Assembly: GCA_003233345.1 (NCBI GenBank)
Contig: QILK01000073.1
Location: 6,413 to 70,412 of the forward strand
Length of the DNA stretch: 64,000 nucleotides
Reading direction: 5' to 3'
From: Gammaproteobacteria bacterium
GTDB taxonomy: Bacteria > Pseudomonadota > Gammaproteobacteria > SZUA-21
Shown here: piece after piece, positions 30,063 to 41,087 of the stretch
Layout: each line of letters begins with the position of its first letter
Position numbering within the stretch: the stretch's first letter is position 1
Made by a program: the position numbers and the translations under genes
The notes under the pieces: generated by a model
What the model was told of the DNA's origin: nothing
What the model saw: the letters and a program-made list of their open reading frames with translations, nothing else
The model's database searches: none

Positions 30063-30612
30063 TCTGTCTTCTCACGGGCGTTCTACCATATTTACTGTGT
30101 TTCTCAGGAACGTATATCAATGTTTCATCTTATAATGGAATTCATCAGTCTTACGCCATATCCGAAAAATATTTCTCTAATTTTTGGGTCAATAGTTTAG
30201 CCGTCTACTACTTAGCGTACCTGAAACTTTTGGCGGAAAGGCAAACGCGCGTTATTCAATAATGTGTACTGCTCTGCATGTGCTTTAGGGTTGAGCAATA
30301 TATAAACCCTTCTGAATTTCTTTAAAAAAGACATGTTTATATGTCCTACCTGAAGTATAGTGTCAGGTCACAGGGAATTCAGTATGTCCTTGACTATATA
30401 AGGGTGTCCGTTTCAAATTTAAAGGTTAGCAAAATTAAAGGTTATTAATTAAATCGAAATTAATTATAAAGATCATTTGTGCTATTAAAACTATAGCAGT
30501 GTTATTGCATTGCTTCAATGAAATGTATCTATCTGATTAATTTTCTAGCATATTTTGTTAAAATAAGTATGCTTTTATCAATGTAATAACGTTAGATTTC
30601 TTCTATATCGCC
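30063..30612 (-). promoter_or_regulatory. Long rne 5' leader / divergent rne-rluC promoter region
   Basis: A 550 bp non-coding gap upstream of rne. In E. coli rne has a structured autoregulatory 5' UTR of about 360 nt. Inferred by analogy; no structure was computed. Confidence 0.3.
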
Positions 30613-31533
30613 ATGATCGATTTTACCGTCTCAACAAACGACACCGGACAACGACTGGATAATTTTTTATTAAAGTCACTTCGGGGCGTTCCCAAAAGCC
30701 GAATCTATAAAATGTTGCGCAAGGGTTCAATACGCGTTAACAAAGGTCGGAAAAAGCCAGATTACCGGATTAAAGATGGGGACATTGTCAGGGTTCCCTA
30801 TATTGATGTCACTGAAAAAGCATCGGTAACGATCAATCCAGGTCTGGTTAACAAAATCAAAAATTGCATTCTTTATGAAGATGATCACCTGCTTGTTGTT
30901 GATAAACCGGAAGGACTGGCGGTTCATAGTGGCAGTGGACTCAGATATGGTTTGATCGACATTCTTAGTGCCGGTATTGGCGACAACGATTTTGTGCAAT
31001 TAGCACATCGCCTTGATCGCGATACCAGTGGCTGTATTATTATTGCAAAGTCAATGGCGGCATTGCGTTCCATTCAAGCGCAGATTAATAAGCTAACGGT
31101 CGTCAAGGAATATCTGGCGCTGGTGGCCGGTAACTGGAATCCGGCTAATACCCGTGTTGACATGCCGTTATTAAAAATAACTAAAAGTGGTGAGCGTATG
31201 ATGGTGGTCGATGAGGCGGGTAAACCTGCGGTTAGTCATTTTAAAGTTGTTGATAATTTCGAGATGGCAACTTTAGTGAGTGTCAGACTGGAAACCGGGC
31301 GAACGCACCAAATTCGCGCTCATACGGCCTATAGCGGACATGCGATTGCCGGGGATAGCCGTTATGGCGCTAAAGAATTTAATATCGCAATAAAAAAATT
31401 GGGACTAAAACGGATGTTTTTACACGCGCGGAATATTCGCTTTACGCACCCAGATACCGGTAAAATACTCGATATACATTGCAATCTGCCGGAATCATTG
31501 CGCACAACTATAAATTATTTGGAAGCTCAATAA
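30613..31533 (+). CDS. rluC: 23S rRNA pseudouridine synthase RluC
   Basis: 306 aa with an N-terminal S4 domain and the RluA-family catalytic motif (HRLDRDTSGCIIIAKS). Divergent from rne as in E. coli. Confidence 0.85.
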   Translation: MIDFTVSTNDTGQRLDNFLLKSLRGVPKSRIYKMLRKGSIRVNKGRKKPDYRIKDGDIVRVPYIDVTEKASVTINPGLVNKIKNCILYEDDHLLVVDKPEGLAVHSGSGLRYGLIDILSAGIGDNDFVQLAHRLDRDTSGCIIIAKSMAALRSIQAQINKLTVVKEYLALVAGNWNPANTRVDMPLLKITKSGERMMVVDEAGKPAVSHFKVVDNFEMATLVSVRLETGRTHQIRAHTAYSGHAIAGDSRYGAKEFNIAIKKLGLKRMFLHARNIRFTHPDTGKILDIHCNLPESLRTTINYLEAQ

Positions 31534-31547
31534 AGTTAAAGTCTGTT

Positions 31548-32219
31548 ATGAAAAAATTCAAATTGCTTGTTTTCGACTGGGATGGCACGCTCATGGACTC
31601 GATTGAGCATATTATTAATAGTCTTCAATACGCCATGCGCAAAATGTCGATCGAGGTACTTGATCGGCATGTGACTAAAGATATTATTGGCTTGGGTATG
31701 AAAGAATCGATACAAACACTGTTTCCAGTTTTGGCCCAGGGCAAACACTTTATTAGTGAATTTGTCAGCCACTATCGTGTTAATTTTTTTGACCCAGCGC
31801 AACAGACGGCATTATTTCCGGGTTCAATTCAGACCCTGGAGACACTTTTAAACCAGGACTATGTATTAGCCGTCGCGACCAGTAAAAGCAGACATGGATT
31901 GGATCATGTATTGAAAACATCGAAACTGGGTCATTACTTTAGAACCAGCCAATGCGCTGACGAGACCCGCAGCAAACCGCATCCAGATATGCTCAATAAA
32001 ATTCTTGATGACCTTAAGGTTGCTCGCAAAGATGCAGTGATGATTGGTGATTCTGAATATGATTTAGCGATGGCCAGCAATGCCGGAACGGCGTCGATTG
32101 CAGCGACCTATGGGGTGCATCCACTAGAGCGTTTACTAAAACACAAGCCAATAGCGTGTTTAGATACTATAAGTGATTTGCCTGAAAGGCTAGCCAGTAG
32201 ACCCTCGGCATTCGTGTAG
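31548..32219 (+). CDS. HAD-superfamily phosphatase (phosphoglycolate phosphatase-like)
   Basis: Motif I (LLVFDWDGTLMDS) begins right after the Met at 31548, so I prefer this start to the track start at 31479, which overlaps rluC. Motif IV is GDSEYDLAMASNAG. Confidence 0.7.
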   Translation: MKKFKLLVFDWDGTLMDSIEHIINSLQYAMRKMSIEVLDRHVTKDIIGLGMKESIQTLFPVLAQGKHFISEFVSHYRVNFFDPAQQTALFPGSIQTLETLLNQDYVLAVATSKSRHGLDHVLKTSKLGHYFRTSQCADETRSKPHPDMLNKILDDLKVARKDAVMIGDSEYDLAMASNAGTASIAATYGVHPLERLLKHKPIACLDTISDLPERLASRPSAFV

Positions 32220-32260
32220 AGACTGTCGAACTGATAAACATAACTCGAAAGGATAAAAAA

Positions 32261-32848
32261 ATGCAATACTATATTAGTATTCGTCTCTTACTGTTAGTTT
32301 CACTGTTCCTTGTCGCCAGTACCAGCAGTGCCGCTGCGCAAAAGACCTATAACAAGGATGGGCTAAAATTAAGCTATCCCGCAAAATGGCAAATTACCGA
32401 TGAGCAAAAAGGTAAAAATTATAAAATAGTGGCGATTGAGTCCGAGGATGGGGTCTCGTTATCGATGCAACTATCCGTAAAAAACAAATTTAAGTCACTT
32501 GCCCAATATGCCAAGATCGCGGCCAAACATACCAACAATCAGTTCCGACAGGGATTCGCAAAGGAAAAGAGTCTTAAGGATGTCAAGGTAAGCATCACCA
32601 GCAAATTTAGCAATGAAAAGATACAGATCAATAGTAAGCGCTATAATGCAGTGGTGGAAGAAACAAAGGTGTCTTTAAATGAGGCTACACCTGTTCTTAC
32701 TAACAAAGTTTATTATTTTAAATTCAACAATGGCGATACGGATGCCTATTTATCAGTTGGCAGCGCCAATGACGATAAATCACCGCTAAAACAGTTGATA
32801 CAATCTTCATTAAAAAGTTTTGAGTTTAAGGATCAAAAGTGGAAGTGA
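32261..32848 (+). CDS. Hypothetical secreted protein (195 aa)
   Basis: Signal peptide (LLLLVSLFLVASTSSAAAQ); no motifs. Confidence 0.45.
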   Translation: MQYYISIRLLLLVSLFLVASTSSAAAQKTYNKDGLKLSYPAKWQITDEQKGKNYKIVAIESEDGVSLSMQLSVKNKFKSLAQYAKIAAKHTNNQFRQGFAKEKSLKDVKVSITSKFSNEKIQINSKRYNAVVEETKVSLNEATPVLTNKVYYFKFNNGDTDAYLSVGSANDDKSPLKQLIQSSLKSFEFKDQKWK

Positions 32849-32870
32849 AAACAAAACAATGAATACCGGC

Positions 32871-33446
32871 TTACAATATTTCAAATCCTTCTTCTGCAAA
32901 CATATCAATCAACCGGATTAGTGGTAAGCCAACCAGTGTATTGGGATCGCTACCGTGCAATTCTTCAAACAAGGCGATCCCCAGTCCTTCTGATTTAAAA
33001 CTTCCAGCGCTGTTATAGGGCTGGTCTTTTTGCAAATAGTGACTGATCCAGCTGTCTTTTAGTGATCGAAATTTGACTTCGAAGGGCACGACGTCTGATT
33101 GTATGTTTGTAGTTTTTGCGTTTAATAAACACAAACCGGTATAAAATATAACTGTTTTACTCGAAAGTGATTTAAGTTGTTTCGTTGCGGTTTCGAAATT
33201 TCCCGGTTTTCCGAGTATTTGATTATCAATAACGGCCACCTGATCCGACCCAATAATCAGCGCGTTGGAATAATCGTTAGCAACTTTTTTTGCTTTTGCA
33301 ATCGATAAGCGCTTCACCAGTGCAATCGCGGTTTCGTTTTCCAACGGGGTTTCGTCTATATCGGGTGAGGCTGTTTGAAAAGGGATTTGCAGTTTTTCTA
33401 ACAGGGCTTTGCGATAGGGAGAGGTCGATGCTAATACTATCTTCAT
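32871..33446 (-). CDS. maf: Maf-like nucleoside triphosphate pyrophosphatase (YceF family)
   Basis: 191 aa (MKIVLASTSPYRKALLEKLQIPF...IGSDQV). Conserved position between rluC and yceD. Confidence 0.8.
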   Translation of the reverse strand: MKIVLASTSPYRKALLEKLQIPFQTASPDIDETPLENETAIALVKRLSIAKAKKVANDYSNALIIGSDQVAVIDNQILGKPGNFETATKQLKSLSSKTVIFYTGLCLLNAKTTNIQSDVVPFEVKFRSLKDSWISHYLQKDQPYNSAGSFKSEGLGIALFEELHGSDPNTLVGLPLIRLIDMFAEEGFEIL

Positions 33447-35251
33447 TCTTTGATTTCGATTAGCGCCTCATCCGGACTTATATTTTCGCCTTTTTCTACC
33501 CGAATTTCGATAACTTCACCGCTGACGGCGGCGAGGATTTCTGTTTCCATTTTCATCGCTTCGGTTACCAATAGTGCGTCGCCAGCTTTGACCTTATCCC
33601 CGACCTTGACCAGAATATCGATGATAGTTCCGGGCATGGATGCCGTTACATCACCCGGTTTTGATGCTTTTGGTCGCTTTCCAGCGGCTGCCACCGCGCC
33701 TGATTCGGGTAAAAGCTCGTCAAGGGTTTCCACCATAATTTCTTCGGGTATGCCATCAACGGTTAGATAGTAGGGTCGTGCGACTGCTGATTTTATTCCA
33801 CTGCCCGTTAACTTTATATGATAAGACTCACCGTGCATGGAGACATTAAACTCGACAGGTGTAGCAATACCGTTGTCAATTTTAGATTCTATGGGCTCTA
33901 ATGCTTCAGGAACCAAGGTGCCGTCTTGTCTCTGCTGCAGAAAATCTTTTCCGACTTCAGGAAACATCGCATAAATTAATATATCTTCCGCCGTTTTGGC
34001 TAAATCACCAATCTGTGCCGTGAGGTTATCCATCTCGTCGTTAAGTAGGTCGGCGGGTCTGCAATCGATAACGTCTTCATTGCCGATTGCTTTTTGCCGG
34101 ACGAGCTTGTCAACCTTACCTGGTGCTTTGCCATAACGTCCCTGTAAATATAGTTTTACTTCATTGGTAATGGTTTTATAGCGTTCGTTGGTCATAACAT
34201 TGAATACTGCTTGAGTGCCGACAATTTGCGAAGTGGGGGTGACCAGCGGGGGATAACCTAAATCTTTTCTCACCAACGGAATTTCTTTTAGCACTTCATT
34301 CATGCGTTCGGTTGCGCCTTGCTCTTTAAGCTGGGAAGATAAATTGGAGATCATTCCGCCAGGAACCTGGTTAATCTGTACACGGGTATCGATTCCGGTA
34401 AATTCACTCTCGAATTGGTGGTATTTTTTGCGAACAACATAAAAATAAGCGCCGATTTCCTGAATCAGTTCCAAATCAAGTCCGGTATCGTAATCAGTAT
34501 TACGAAACGCGGCAACCATGCTCTCTGTTGGTGGGTGACTGGCACCATTGGCAAAGCTAGAGATGGCGGTATCAATATGGCGGCAACCGTTTTCGATGGC
34601 TTTTAATTGACATAAGTCGGCCAGTCCGGCAGTCGCATGACTATGCAGGTGTATCGGGGTTTTAACGGTTTTAGAAAGTTGGTCAAATAACTCAGCGGTT
34701 GCATAAGGTGTTAGCAAACCCGCCATATCCTTTATGGCGATACTGTCACAGCCGAGATCTTCCAGGGTTTTTGCCATGGTTACAAATTGAGGAATACCGT
34801 GTACAGGGCTGGTCGTATAGCAAATGGTGCCTTGCGCATGTTTACCGGCTTTTTTAACGGCATCAATCGATACCTGAAGATTCCGGACATCATTAATAGC
34901 GTCAAAAATTCGGAAAACATCAATGCCATTCTCGCAAGATCTGTCAATAAACTCCCGGACCACATCGTCTGAGTAATGGCGATACCCAAGTAAATTTTGA
35001 CCGCGTAATAACATTTGTAGCGGCGTATTTGTTAGCGCTGCTTTTAACTGACGCAATCTTTCCCATGGATCTTCTTTTAGAAAACGGATGCAGGCATCGA
35101 AGGTCGCTCCTCCCCAAACTTCAAGCGACCAAAATCCGACCTTGTCGAGCTTATCGCAGATAGGCAACATATCTTCTGTTCGCAGTCGTGTTGCGATTAG
35201 ACACTGATGGGCATCACGTAAAATGGTGTCGGTAATATAAACTTTATTCAT
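33443..35251 (-). CDS. Pyruvate carboxylase subunit B / oxaloacetate decarboxylase alpha-type carboxyltransferase with C-terminal biotinyl domain
   Basis: 602 aa with a 5S carboxyltransferase TIM barrel (ITDTILRDAHQ...HLHSHATAGLA) and a C-terminal biotin attachment site (EAMKME). Confidence 0.85.
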   Translation of the reverse strand: MNKVYITDTILRDAHQCLIATRLRTEDMLPICDKLDKVGFWSLEVWGGATFDACIRFLKEDPWERLRQLKAALTNTPLQMLLRGQNLLGYRHYSDDVVREFIDRSCENGIDVFRIFDAINDVRNLQVSIDAVKKAGKHAQGTICYTTSPVHGIPQFVTMAKTLEDLGCDSIAIKDMAGLLTPYATAELFDQLSKTVKTPIHLHSHATAGLADLCQLKAIENGCRHIDTAISSFANGASHPPTESMVAAFRNTDYDTGLDLELIQEIGAYFYVVRKKYHQFESEFTGIDTRVQINQVPGGMISNLSSQLKEQGATERMNEVLKEIPLVRKDLGYPPLVTPTSQIVGTQAVFNVMTNERYKTITNEVKLYLQGRYGKAPGKVDKLVRQKAIGNEDVIDCRPADLLNDEMDNLTAQIGDLAKTAEDILIYAMFPEVGKDFLQQRQDGTLVPEALEPIESKIDNGIATPVEFNVSMHGESYHIKLTGSGIKSAVARPYYLTVDGIPEEIMVETLDELLPESGAVAAAGKRPKASKPGDVTASMPGTIIDILVKVGDKVKAGDALLVTEAMKMETEILAAVSGEVIEIRVEKGENISPDEALIEIKE

Positions 35252-35349
35252 TAACTGTCCTAATTTATCCGGTTTGTCTTTATCGATGGTTTATCTTTAT
35301 TTGGCTTATCTTTATCCGATTTATCTGCTATTTCCTGTCACTTACAGAT

Positions 35350-36768
35350 CTACAAGCCACTGTGGGCCACTATCGCAGCGGCTAAAACGGCTGCCAGTTC
35401 GCGTGTTGGTCGGCGTACAGAATAGTTAATTAACTCAGGATGATTTTCCACAAAGCTAGTGTTAAAAACCCCGTTTTGAAACTCTTCAGAGTTTAGTATT
35501 TCCAGTTGATAGGGGATAGTTGTCTTTACGCCGTAAACGACTATATCTTTTAACGCGCGTTTGGCTCTACGAATAAGTTCGTCCCAAGTAAGCGCCCAGA
35601 CGATTAATTTTGCACACATTGAATCATAATACGGTGGAATATAATAGCCAGTATAGATACAGGCGTCAGTGCGTATCCCAGGACCGCCAGGGGATAAATA
35701 GCGGGTAATCCGACCAAAGCTGGGTAAAAAATCATTTTTAGGATCTTCAGCATTGATACGCAGTTCCATTGCATAGCCTCTTTTCTCGACCTGGTCCTGA
35801 GAATAGGATAAGGGCAAGCCTTCTGCGACTCGAAATTGTTGCTGAACAATATCAATACCAGTAATGGCTTCAGAAATAGTGTGTTCTACCTGCAAGCGGG
35901 TATTCATTTCCATAAAGTAAAACTTGTCTTGATCATCGAGTAAAAATTCAACGGTGCCGGCATTGATATAGCCAACTGCCTGTGCAGCACGCGTCGCCAG
36001 TTCGCCGATCATTTGGCGCTGCTTCTCGTTCAGTTGCGGTGACGGGGCCAATTCAATCAGTTTCTGATGACGGCGCTGAATCGAGCAATCGCGTTCAAAC
36101 AGATGTATGGCATTCCCATGTGCATCGGCGAGTATTTGTACTTCGATATGTTTTGGGTTAACAATACATTTTTCCATAAAAATATCGGCACTACCAAACG
36201 CTTTGGTGGCTTCAGACAGCACACGATCATAGTTGTTTTTTAGTTCGTCGGGGCTATTACAACGGCGTATACCACGACCACCTCCACCGGAGGTTGCTTT
36301 TAGCATAACCGGGTATCCAAATTCTTTAGCGACACGCAACGCTTGGGAAAGGTTTTCTAGATTGTCGTCAGTACCGGGAATCACCGGGATACCTGCGGCG
36401 ATCATTGAACGTCGGGCTTCGGTTTTATTACCCATTAACCGAACTACCTTCGCGGACGGCCCGATAAATTTAATGCCGCGTTTCTCGCAGGCAGCGGCTA
36501 GTTCGGGATTTTCAGACAGGAATCCATAACCTGGATGCAATGCATCACAGCCAGTGGCAACCGCTAAATTTACTAGCCGATGAACGTTTAAATAGCCTGA
36601 AATTGAGTCGGGACCAATGTTGTAAGCTTCGTCTGCTTTTTTAACATGTAGGGAATACCGGTCTGGCTCCGTATAAATGGCAGCTGATTTGATACCGGCT
36701 TCTGAGCAGGCCCTGACAAGCCGGACCGCAATTTCGCCGCGATTGGCAATAAGTATTTTTTTTATCAA
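35350..36768 (-). CDS. Biotin carboxylase (pyruvate carboxylase subunit A / AccC-like)
   Basis: 472 aa with an ATP-grasp domain (MIKKILIANRGEIAVRLVRAC...GGGGRGIR...EMNTRLQVEH). Confidence 0.85.
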   Translation of the reverse strand: MIKKILIANRGEIAVRLVRACSEAGIKSAAIYTEPDRYSLHVKKADEAYNIGPDSISGYLNVHRLVNLAVATGCDALHPGYGFLSENPELAAACEKRGIKFIGPSAKVVRLMGNKTEARRSMIAAGIPVIPGTDDNLENLSQALRVAKEFGYPVMLKATSGGGGRGIRRCNSPDELKNNYDRVLSEATKAFGSADIFMEKCIVNPKHIEVQILADAHGNAIHLFERDCSIQRRHQKLIELAPSPQLNEKQRQMIGELATRAAQAVGYINAGTVEFLLDDQDKFYFMEMNTRLQVEHTISEAITGIDIVQQQFRVAEGLPLSYSQDQVEKRGYAMELRINAEDPKNDFLPSFGRITRYLSPGGPGIRTDACIYTGYYIPPYYDSMCAKLIVWALTWDELIRRAKRALKDIVVYGVKTTIPYQLEILNSEEFQNGVFNTSFVENHPELINYSVRRPTRELAAVLAAAIVAHSGL

Positions 36769-37168
36769 AATAGTCGTCCATTAAGCCTGTAAGCAAATAA
36801 TACGTAAGATCTAAATCCGCTAAAATTTGTACGTGAATACGCCTGGAATGTCAATCAGTCTAATGTACTTGTATTGGCAGAATTTTATATTGTCAGTTTG
36901 GCAACGCAACCTGCAAGTTTGGTTATAATAGTCCAAAATCCACTAAATATTGTCAATAGTTTCTTAATTGCCTGTTTTTTCGTCGTTTGTATTCGACTAT
37001 ACTTTAGGCTGAATTTTCATACGATTAGAACAAATTTATATATATAATATAACTTATTGTTTTTATATGATTATTTTGTAATAATTGGATACTTGCTGAG
37101 GGCGTTTAAAATCCCGTAAAACTTATGTTTTTGATAGTACATATTAGTAACTATAAAATTACCGGTTT

Positions 37169-37714
37169 ATGTTAGCATCGTTACCGCCAATCGTTGACGT
37201 GTATAAGTTAGCCAAGCAAAACAAAACTTTGCAAGGCGATTTAGTGCTGGATAAAATGCCGCGCATTGCCAGATTACTCTATTCTAACCAGGGAAGGGTA
37301 ACGGTTAAACTGTCGTTTACCCGAGAATATGGAATTTCGATCTTAACGGGAAAAGTGAGTGCTGAGATTGAATTAATTTGTCAGCGCTGTCTGGAAGCAA
37401 TGCCATTTTCAGTAGTGCTGGATATAAAGTTTGGTTTTAGAAACAAGCATGAGAGAAAAGCAGCAAATAGAAATGAATTTACAGATGATATGGATATACT
37501 AATAATTGATGACGGAAATATTCAATTAAGCGATATTATAGAGGATGAATTGATTTTAGCCTTGCCACTGGTTGCCACGCATGAATTTGACAGTTGTTCT
37601 GCTAGCCAATTCATTCGTAAAAAAAGACTTGTAGATAATGGCGATAAAACGGCAAAAAAATTGGACGCAACCAGCAAACCGTTTGCAGATTTAAAAAATA
37701 AAATGAAAAGATAA
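37169..37714 (+). CDS. yceD: YceD/DUF177 family protein (large-subunit rRNA accumulation)
   Basis: 181 aa with the CQRCLE motif; located immediately upstream of rpmF-plsX. Confidence 0.75.
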   Translation: MLASLPPIVDVYKLAKQNKTLQGDLVLDKMPRIARLLYSNQGRVTVKLSFTREYGISILTGKVSAEIELICQRCLEAMPFSVVLDIKFGFRNKHERKAANRNEFTDDMDILIIDDGNIQLSDIIEDELILALPLVATHEFDSCSASQFIRKKRLVDNGDKTAKKLDATSKPFADLKNKMKR

Positions 37715-37778
37715 AGTTCGAAAATTAAAGTAAAGACAAACCAAAAAATTTAGCAATAAAATATACCGGAGATTTAAA

Positions 37779-37958
37779 ATGGCAGTGCAAAAAAATAGAA
37801 AAACACCTTCCAAGCGTGGTATGCGAAGGTCTCATCAGAAGGCAGGGTCAGCAACCTTGTCAGTTGAAACAGAAACAGGCGAAACCCACATTCGCCATCA
37901 TGTTAGTGCCGACGGATATTACAAGGGCCGAAAGGTCATACATCGATCATCCAGCTAG
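37779..37958 (+). CDS. rpmF: 50S ribosomal protein L32
   Basis: Hand-translated 59 aa ([59 protein letters not shown]). It is not in the ORF track (which lists only ORFs of 60 aa or more); the track lists an overlapping spurious frame at 37816-38007 instead. Confidence 0.85.
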   Translation: MAVQKNRKTPSKRGMRRSHQKAGSATLSVETETGETHIRHHVSADGYYKGRKVIHRSSS

Positions 37959-38038
37959 GATGGTTGAGATGTTTCTTGGAAATAACAATAAACTATGGTT
38001 TGAGTAGGCATCACGCTATTCAAATGTGGGTTAACTAA

Positions 38039-39100
38039 TTGGACTTCAATACGGAGTGGAAGCATATCTTTCACGGTAAATCCAAAAATGGTTGCTGCAT
38101 AGCTTTGGATGCGATGGGTGGAGATATTGGCCTAGAAATTATCATTCCGGCTGCGCTTAAAATATTAAAAAAACACACCAATGTAAAGTTGATTCTGGTG
38201 GGAGTACAGAGCGAAATAGAATATTTTCTAGATAAAAATAGCTATAAATCCAATGAAAAATTATGTATTCATCATGCTTCCGAAGTCGTTGCCATGGATG
38301 AATTACCGTCAATGGCATTACGGAAGAAAAAAGATTCGTCGATGCGCGTCGCGATTAACCTGGTTAAAGAAGGTCAGGCGGATGCGTGCGTTAGTGCTGG
38401 TAATACCGGTGCTTTAATGGCAACTGCCCGTTATGTTCTTAAAACCTTATCGGTCATTGATAGACCTGCGATTATTAACGCAATACCGTCCATTAGCGGG
38501 CATACTCATATGTTGGATCTGGGTGCTAATGTTGATTGCAACGCAGAACATTTATTTCAATTTGGTGTGATGGGATCTGTACTTTCAAAAGCGATTGATA
38601 ATATTGAAAAACCAAGGGTTGGTTTGCTTAACATTGGCCAGGAAGAAATTAAAGGCAATGACAAGGTAAAAGAAGCATCTGCCATGTTGTCTAGTAGTAG
38701 TCTGAATTATGTTGGTTTTGTGGAAGGAGACGACGTTTATCTTGGTGGTGTTGATGTGGTCGTTTGCGATGGTTTTGTGGGTAATGTAGCGCTTAAAACC
38801 AGTGAAGGGGTTGCAAAAATGATTAGTCACTATATGCGTGAAGAATTTTCGAGAAATATACTGACACGCTTTGTGGGGTTAGTCACCGTCCCGGTATTAC
38901 ATGCGTTCAAGAAAAAAATTGATCCTCGCCGTTATAATGGAGCTAGTCTATTGGGATTACGGGGAATTGTTATTAAAAGTCATGGCAGCGCGGATGTATT
39001 CGCTTTTTCCAATGCGATAGAAATGGCTTTACTGGAAGTGGAAAAGTCAGTGCCCGATAGAATTTCTGATGGCTTGGAAGCGATGTTGGAGAAAGGGTAG
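38039..39100 (+). CDS. plsX: Phosphate acyltransferase PlsX
   Basis: 353 aa ([11 protein letters not shown]...GNTGALMA). The true start may lie a little downstream of 38039. Confidence 0.85.
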   Translation: MDFNTEWKHIFHGKSKNGCCIALDAMGGDIGLEIIIPAALKILKKHTNVKLILVGVQSEIEYFLDKNSYKSNEKLCIHHASEVVAMDELPSMALRKKKDSSMRVAINLVKEGQADACVSAGNTGALMATARYVLKTLSVIDRPAIINAIPSISGHTHMLDLGANVDCNAEHLFQFGVMGSVLSKAIDNIEKPRVGLLNIGQEEIKGNDKVKEASAMLSSSSLNYVGFVEGDDVYLGGVDVVVCDGFVGNVALKTSEGVAKMISHYMREEFSRNILTRFVGLVTVPVLHAFKKKIDPRRYNGASLLGLRGIVIKSHGSADVFAFSNAIEMALLEVEKSVPDRISDGLEAMLEKG

Positions 39101-39108
39101 GCCATAAA

Positions 39109-40077
39109 GTGATTTACAGTAAAATAACGGGGACCGGCTCGTGTCTGCCGCAAAATGTAATGACCAATGTCGACCTTGAAAAAATTGTCGATACCACTGA
39201 CGAATGGATACAGGAACGGACAGGAATAAAACAACGTTATATTGCCACCGATGAAGAATCCACTGGTAGCCTTGGTGTTGGTGCGGCAAAAAAAGCAATT
39301 GAAGCCGCAGGGCTTAGTGCGGATGATATCGATCTTATCATTCTGGCAACGACCACACCCGATAAAATATTTCCAAGTACCGCATGCCTGATTCAAAAAG
39401 AATTGGGAATAAAAAATTGCCCGGCTTTTGATGTGCAAGCTGTGTGCACTGGATTTGTTTATGCACTTTCGATCGCTGACAAATTCATTAAAACCGGATC
39501 GGCTAAAACGGCGTTGGTTATTGGCGCGGAAACGCTCTCACGAATTATTGACTGGAAAGACCGAAATACCTGTGTACTGTTTGGCGATGGTGCCGGAGCG
39601 GTTGTCATACAGGCTAGCGAATCACCCGGCATACTTTCAACACATATCCACAGTGATGGCTCCTACGAACATCTATTGCGCGTTCCGCAGGGGGTTGCGA
39701 CTCCTGAGTTGCATAAAAGCCACAAAAAACCCTTTATTGAGATGAAAGGTAATGAAGTGTTTAAGATGGCGGTTAAAACGCTTGGCCGTATTGTCGATGA
39801 GACGTTGGCAGCCAATAATATGCAAAAAGAGGATATCGATTGGCTGATACCCCATCAGGCCAATATTCGCATCATAGCCGCCACCGCAAAAAAACTAAAA
39901 ATGTCGATGGATAGAGTTGTTGTCACCGTTGACCAACATGGCAATACCTCAGCCGCATCCGTGCCACTGGCGTTTGACTTAGCGGTACGTGAACAGCGGA
40001 TCAAACCTGGGGAAACGTTGCTAATGGAAGCGTTTGGCGGTGGTTTTACTTGGGGTTCGGTATTACTTAAGTACTAA
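39109..40077 (+). CDS. fabH: 3-oxoacyl-ACP synthase III
   Basis: 322 aa with a Cys-His-Asn catalytic triad context ([15 protein letters not shown]...HQANIRII...GGGFTWGS). Confidence 0.9.
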   Translation: MIYSKITGTGSCLPQNVMTNVDLEKIVDTTDEWIQERTGIKQRYIATDEESTGSLGVGAAKKAIEAAGLSADDIDLIILATTTPDKIFPSTACLIQKELGIKNCPAFDVQAVCTGFVYALSIADKFIKTGSAKTALVIGAETLSRIIDWKDRNTCVLFGDGAGAVVIQASESPGILSTHIHSDGSYEHLLRVPQGVATPELHKSHKKPFIEMKGNEVFKMAVKTLGRIVDETLAANNMQKEDIDWLIPHQANIRIIAATAKKLKMSMDRVVVTVDQHGNTSAASVPLAFDLAVREQRIKPGETLLMEAFGGGFTWGSVLLKY

Positions 40078-40145
40078 ACGGCAAAAGATTGGTTGATATT
40101 AAAAAGTTAAAGTATTCAATAGTCATAAATTAAAGGTTAACAATA

Positions 40146-41072
40146 ATGAAGGTCGCTTGTATATTCCCCGGGCAGGGTTCGCAATCAGTCGGAATGCTCA
40201 ATAGCCTTGCCGATGTTTATCCTCAGGTTGAAAAAACCGTTGCTAGGGCATCGGAAATTCTTGGCTATGATTTATGGAAAATTATAAAAGACGGGCCGGT
40301 CGAAGAACTTAATAATACTGAAATCACCCAACCGGCAATGTTAGTTGCTGGGTATATTGTCGGACAATTATTGTTCGAGGAAAAAGCAATACGCGCTGAA
40401 GTTGTCGCCGGCCATAGTCTTGGCGAATATACCGCGCTGTGTTACGCCGGTTCAATTAAATTTGAGGATGCTGTCAAAATTGTTTCCAGGCGCGGTCAGC
40501 TTATGCAACAAGCGGTTAGCTCAGGGCAAGGGGCAATGGCGGCTATCTTGGGCCTGGACGATCAACAGGTCATTACCGCTTGTGAAAAAGCAGCGCAAAG
40601 TGATGTGGTATCAGCGGTTAATTTTAACTCACCCGGACAGGTGGTTATCGCTGGTGATAAATCAGCCGTTGATAGAGCGATTGAAGAATGTAAAACTGTC
40701 GGTGCTAAAAGGGCTATTATGTTACCCGTCAGTGTGCCATCCCATTGTAGTCTGATGCAACCTGCTGCGGAAAAATTATTGATCGAATTGGAGACGGTTG
40801 AGATAAAACCAGCTGAAATCCCGGTCATACACAATTATAATGTTGAAGTGGCCTCGTCTCCAGATTCAATCCGTGAAGCGTTGATCAAACAACTTTATTC
40901 TCCCGTTAAATGGGTCGATACCATCAATAAAATTAAAGCCATGAAGACGGCAGAGCTAATACTGGAATGCGGACCCGGCAAGGCGTTGACGGGGTTATGT
41001 AAACGCATCGATCGAAAATTGTTAATCAAGGCAGTCAACGACGCTGAATCCCTGGAAAATGTGCCAGGGTAA
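40146..41072 (+). CDS. fabD: Malonyl-CoA-ACP transacylase
   Basis: 308 aa (FPGQGSQSVGM...GHSLGEYTAL). Confidence 0.9.
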   Translation: MKVACIFPGQGSQSVGMLNSLADVYPQVEKTVARASEILGYDLWKIIKDGPVEELNNTEITQPAMLVAGYIVGQLLFEEKAIRAEVVAGHSLGEYTALCYAGSIKFEDAVKIVSRRGQLMQQAVSSGQGAMAAILGLDDQQVITACEKAAQSDVVSAVNFNSPGQVVIAGDKSAVDRAIEECKTVGAKRAIMLPVSVPSHCSLMQPAAEKLLIELETVEIKPAEIPVIHNYNVEVASSPDSIREALIKQLYSPVKWVDTINKIKAMKTAELILECGPGKALTGLCKRIDRKLLIKAVNDAESLENVPG

Positions 41073-41087
41073 ACTGGAGACCAAGTT

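Noticed and set aside
31479-31547. Upstream extension of the HAD phosphatase ORF overlapping rluC by 55 bp
   Set aside because: HAD motif I (DxDGT) begins immediately after the Met at 31548, so the extension is most likely non-coding read-through of the frame.
37816-38007. 63-aa ORF in the yceD-plsX gap
   Set aside because: It overlaps rpmF in another frame. The 59-aa L32 frame (37779-37958) has an unmistakable ribosomal protein sequence.
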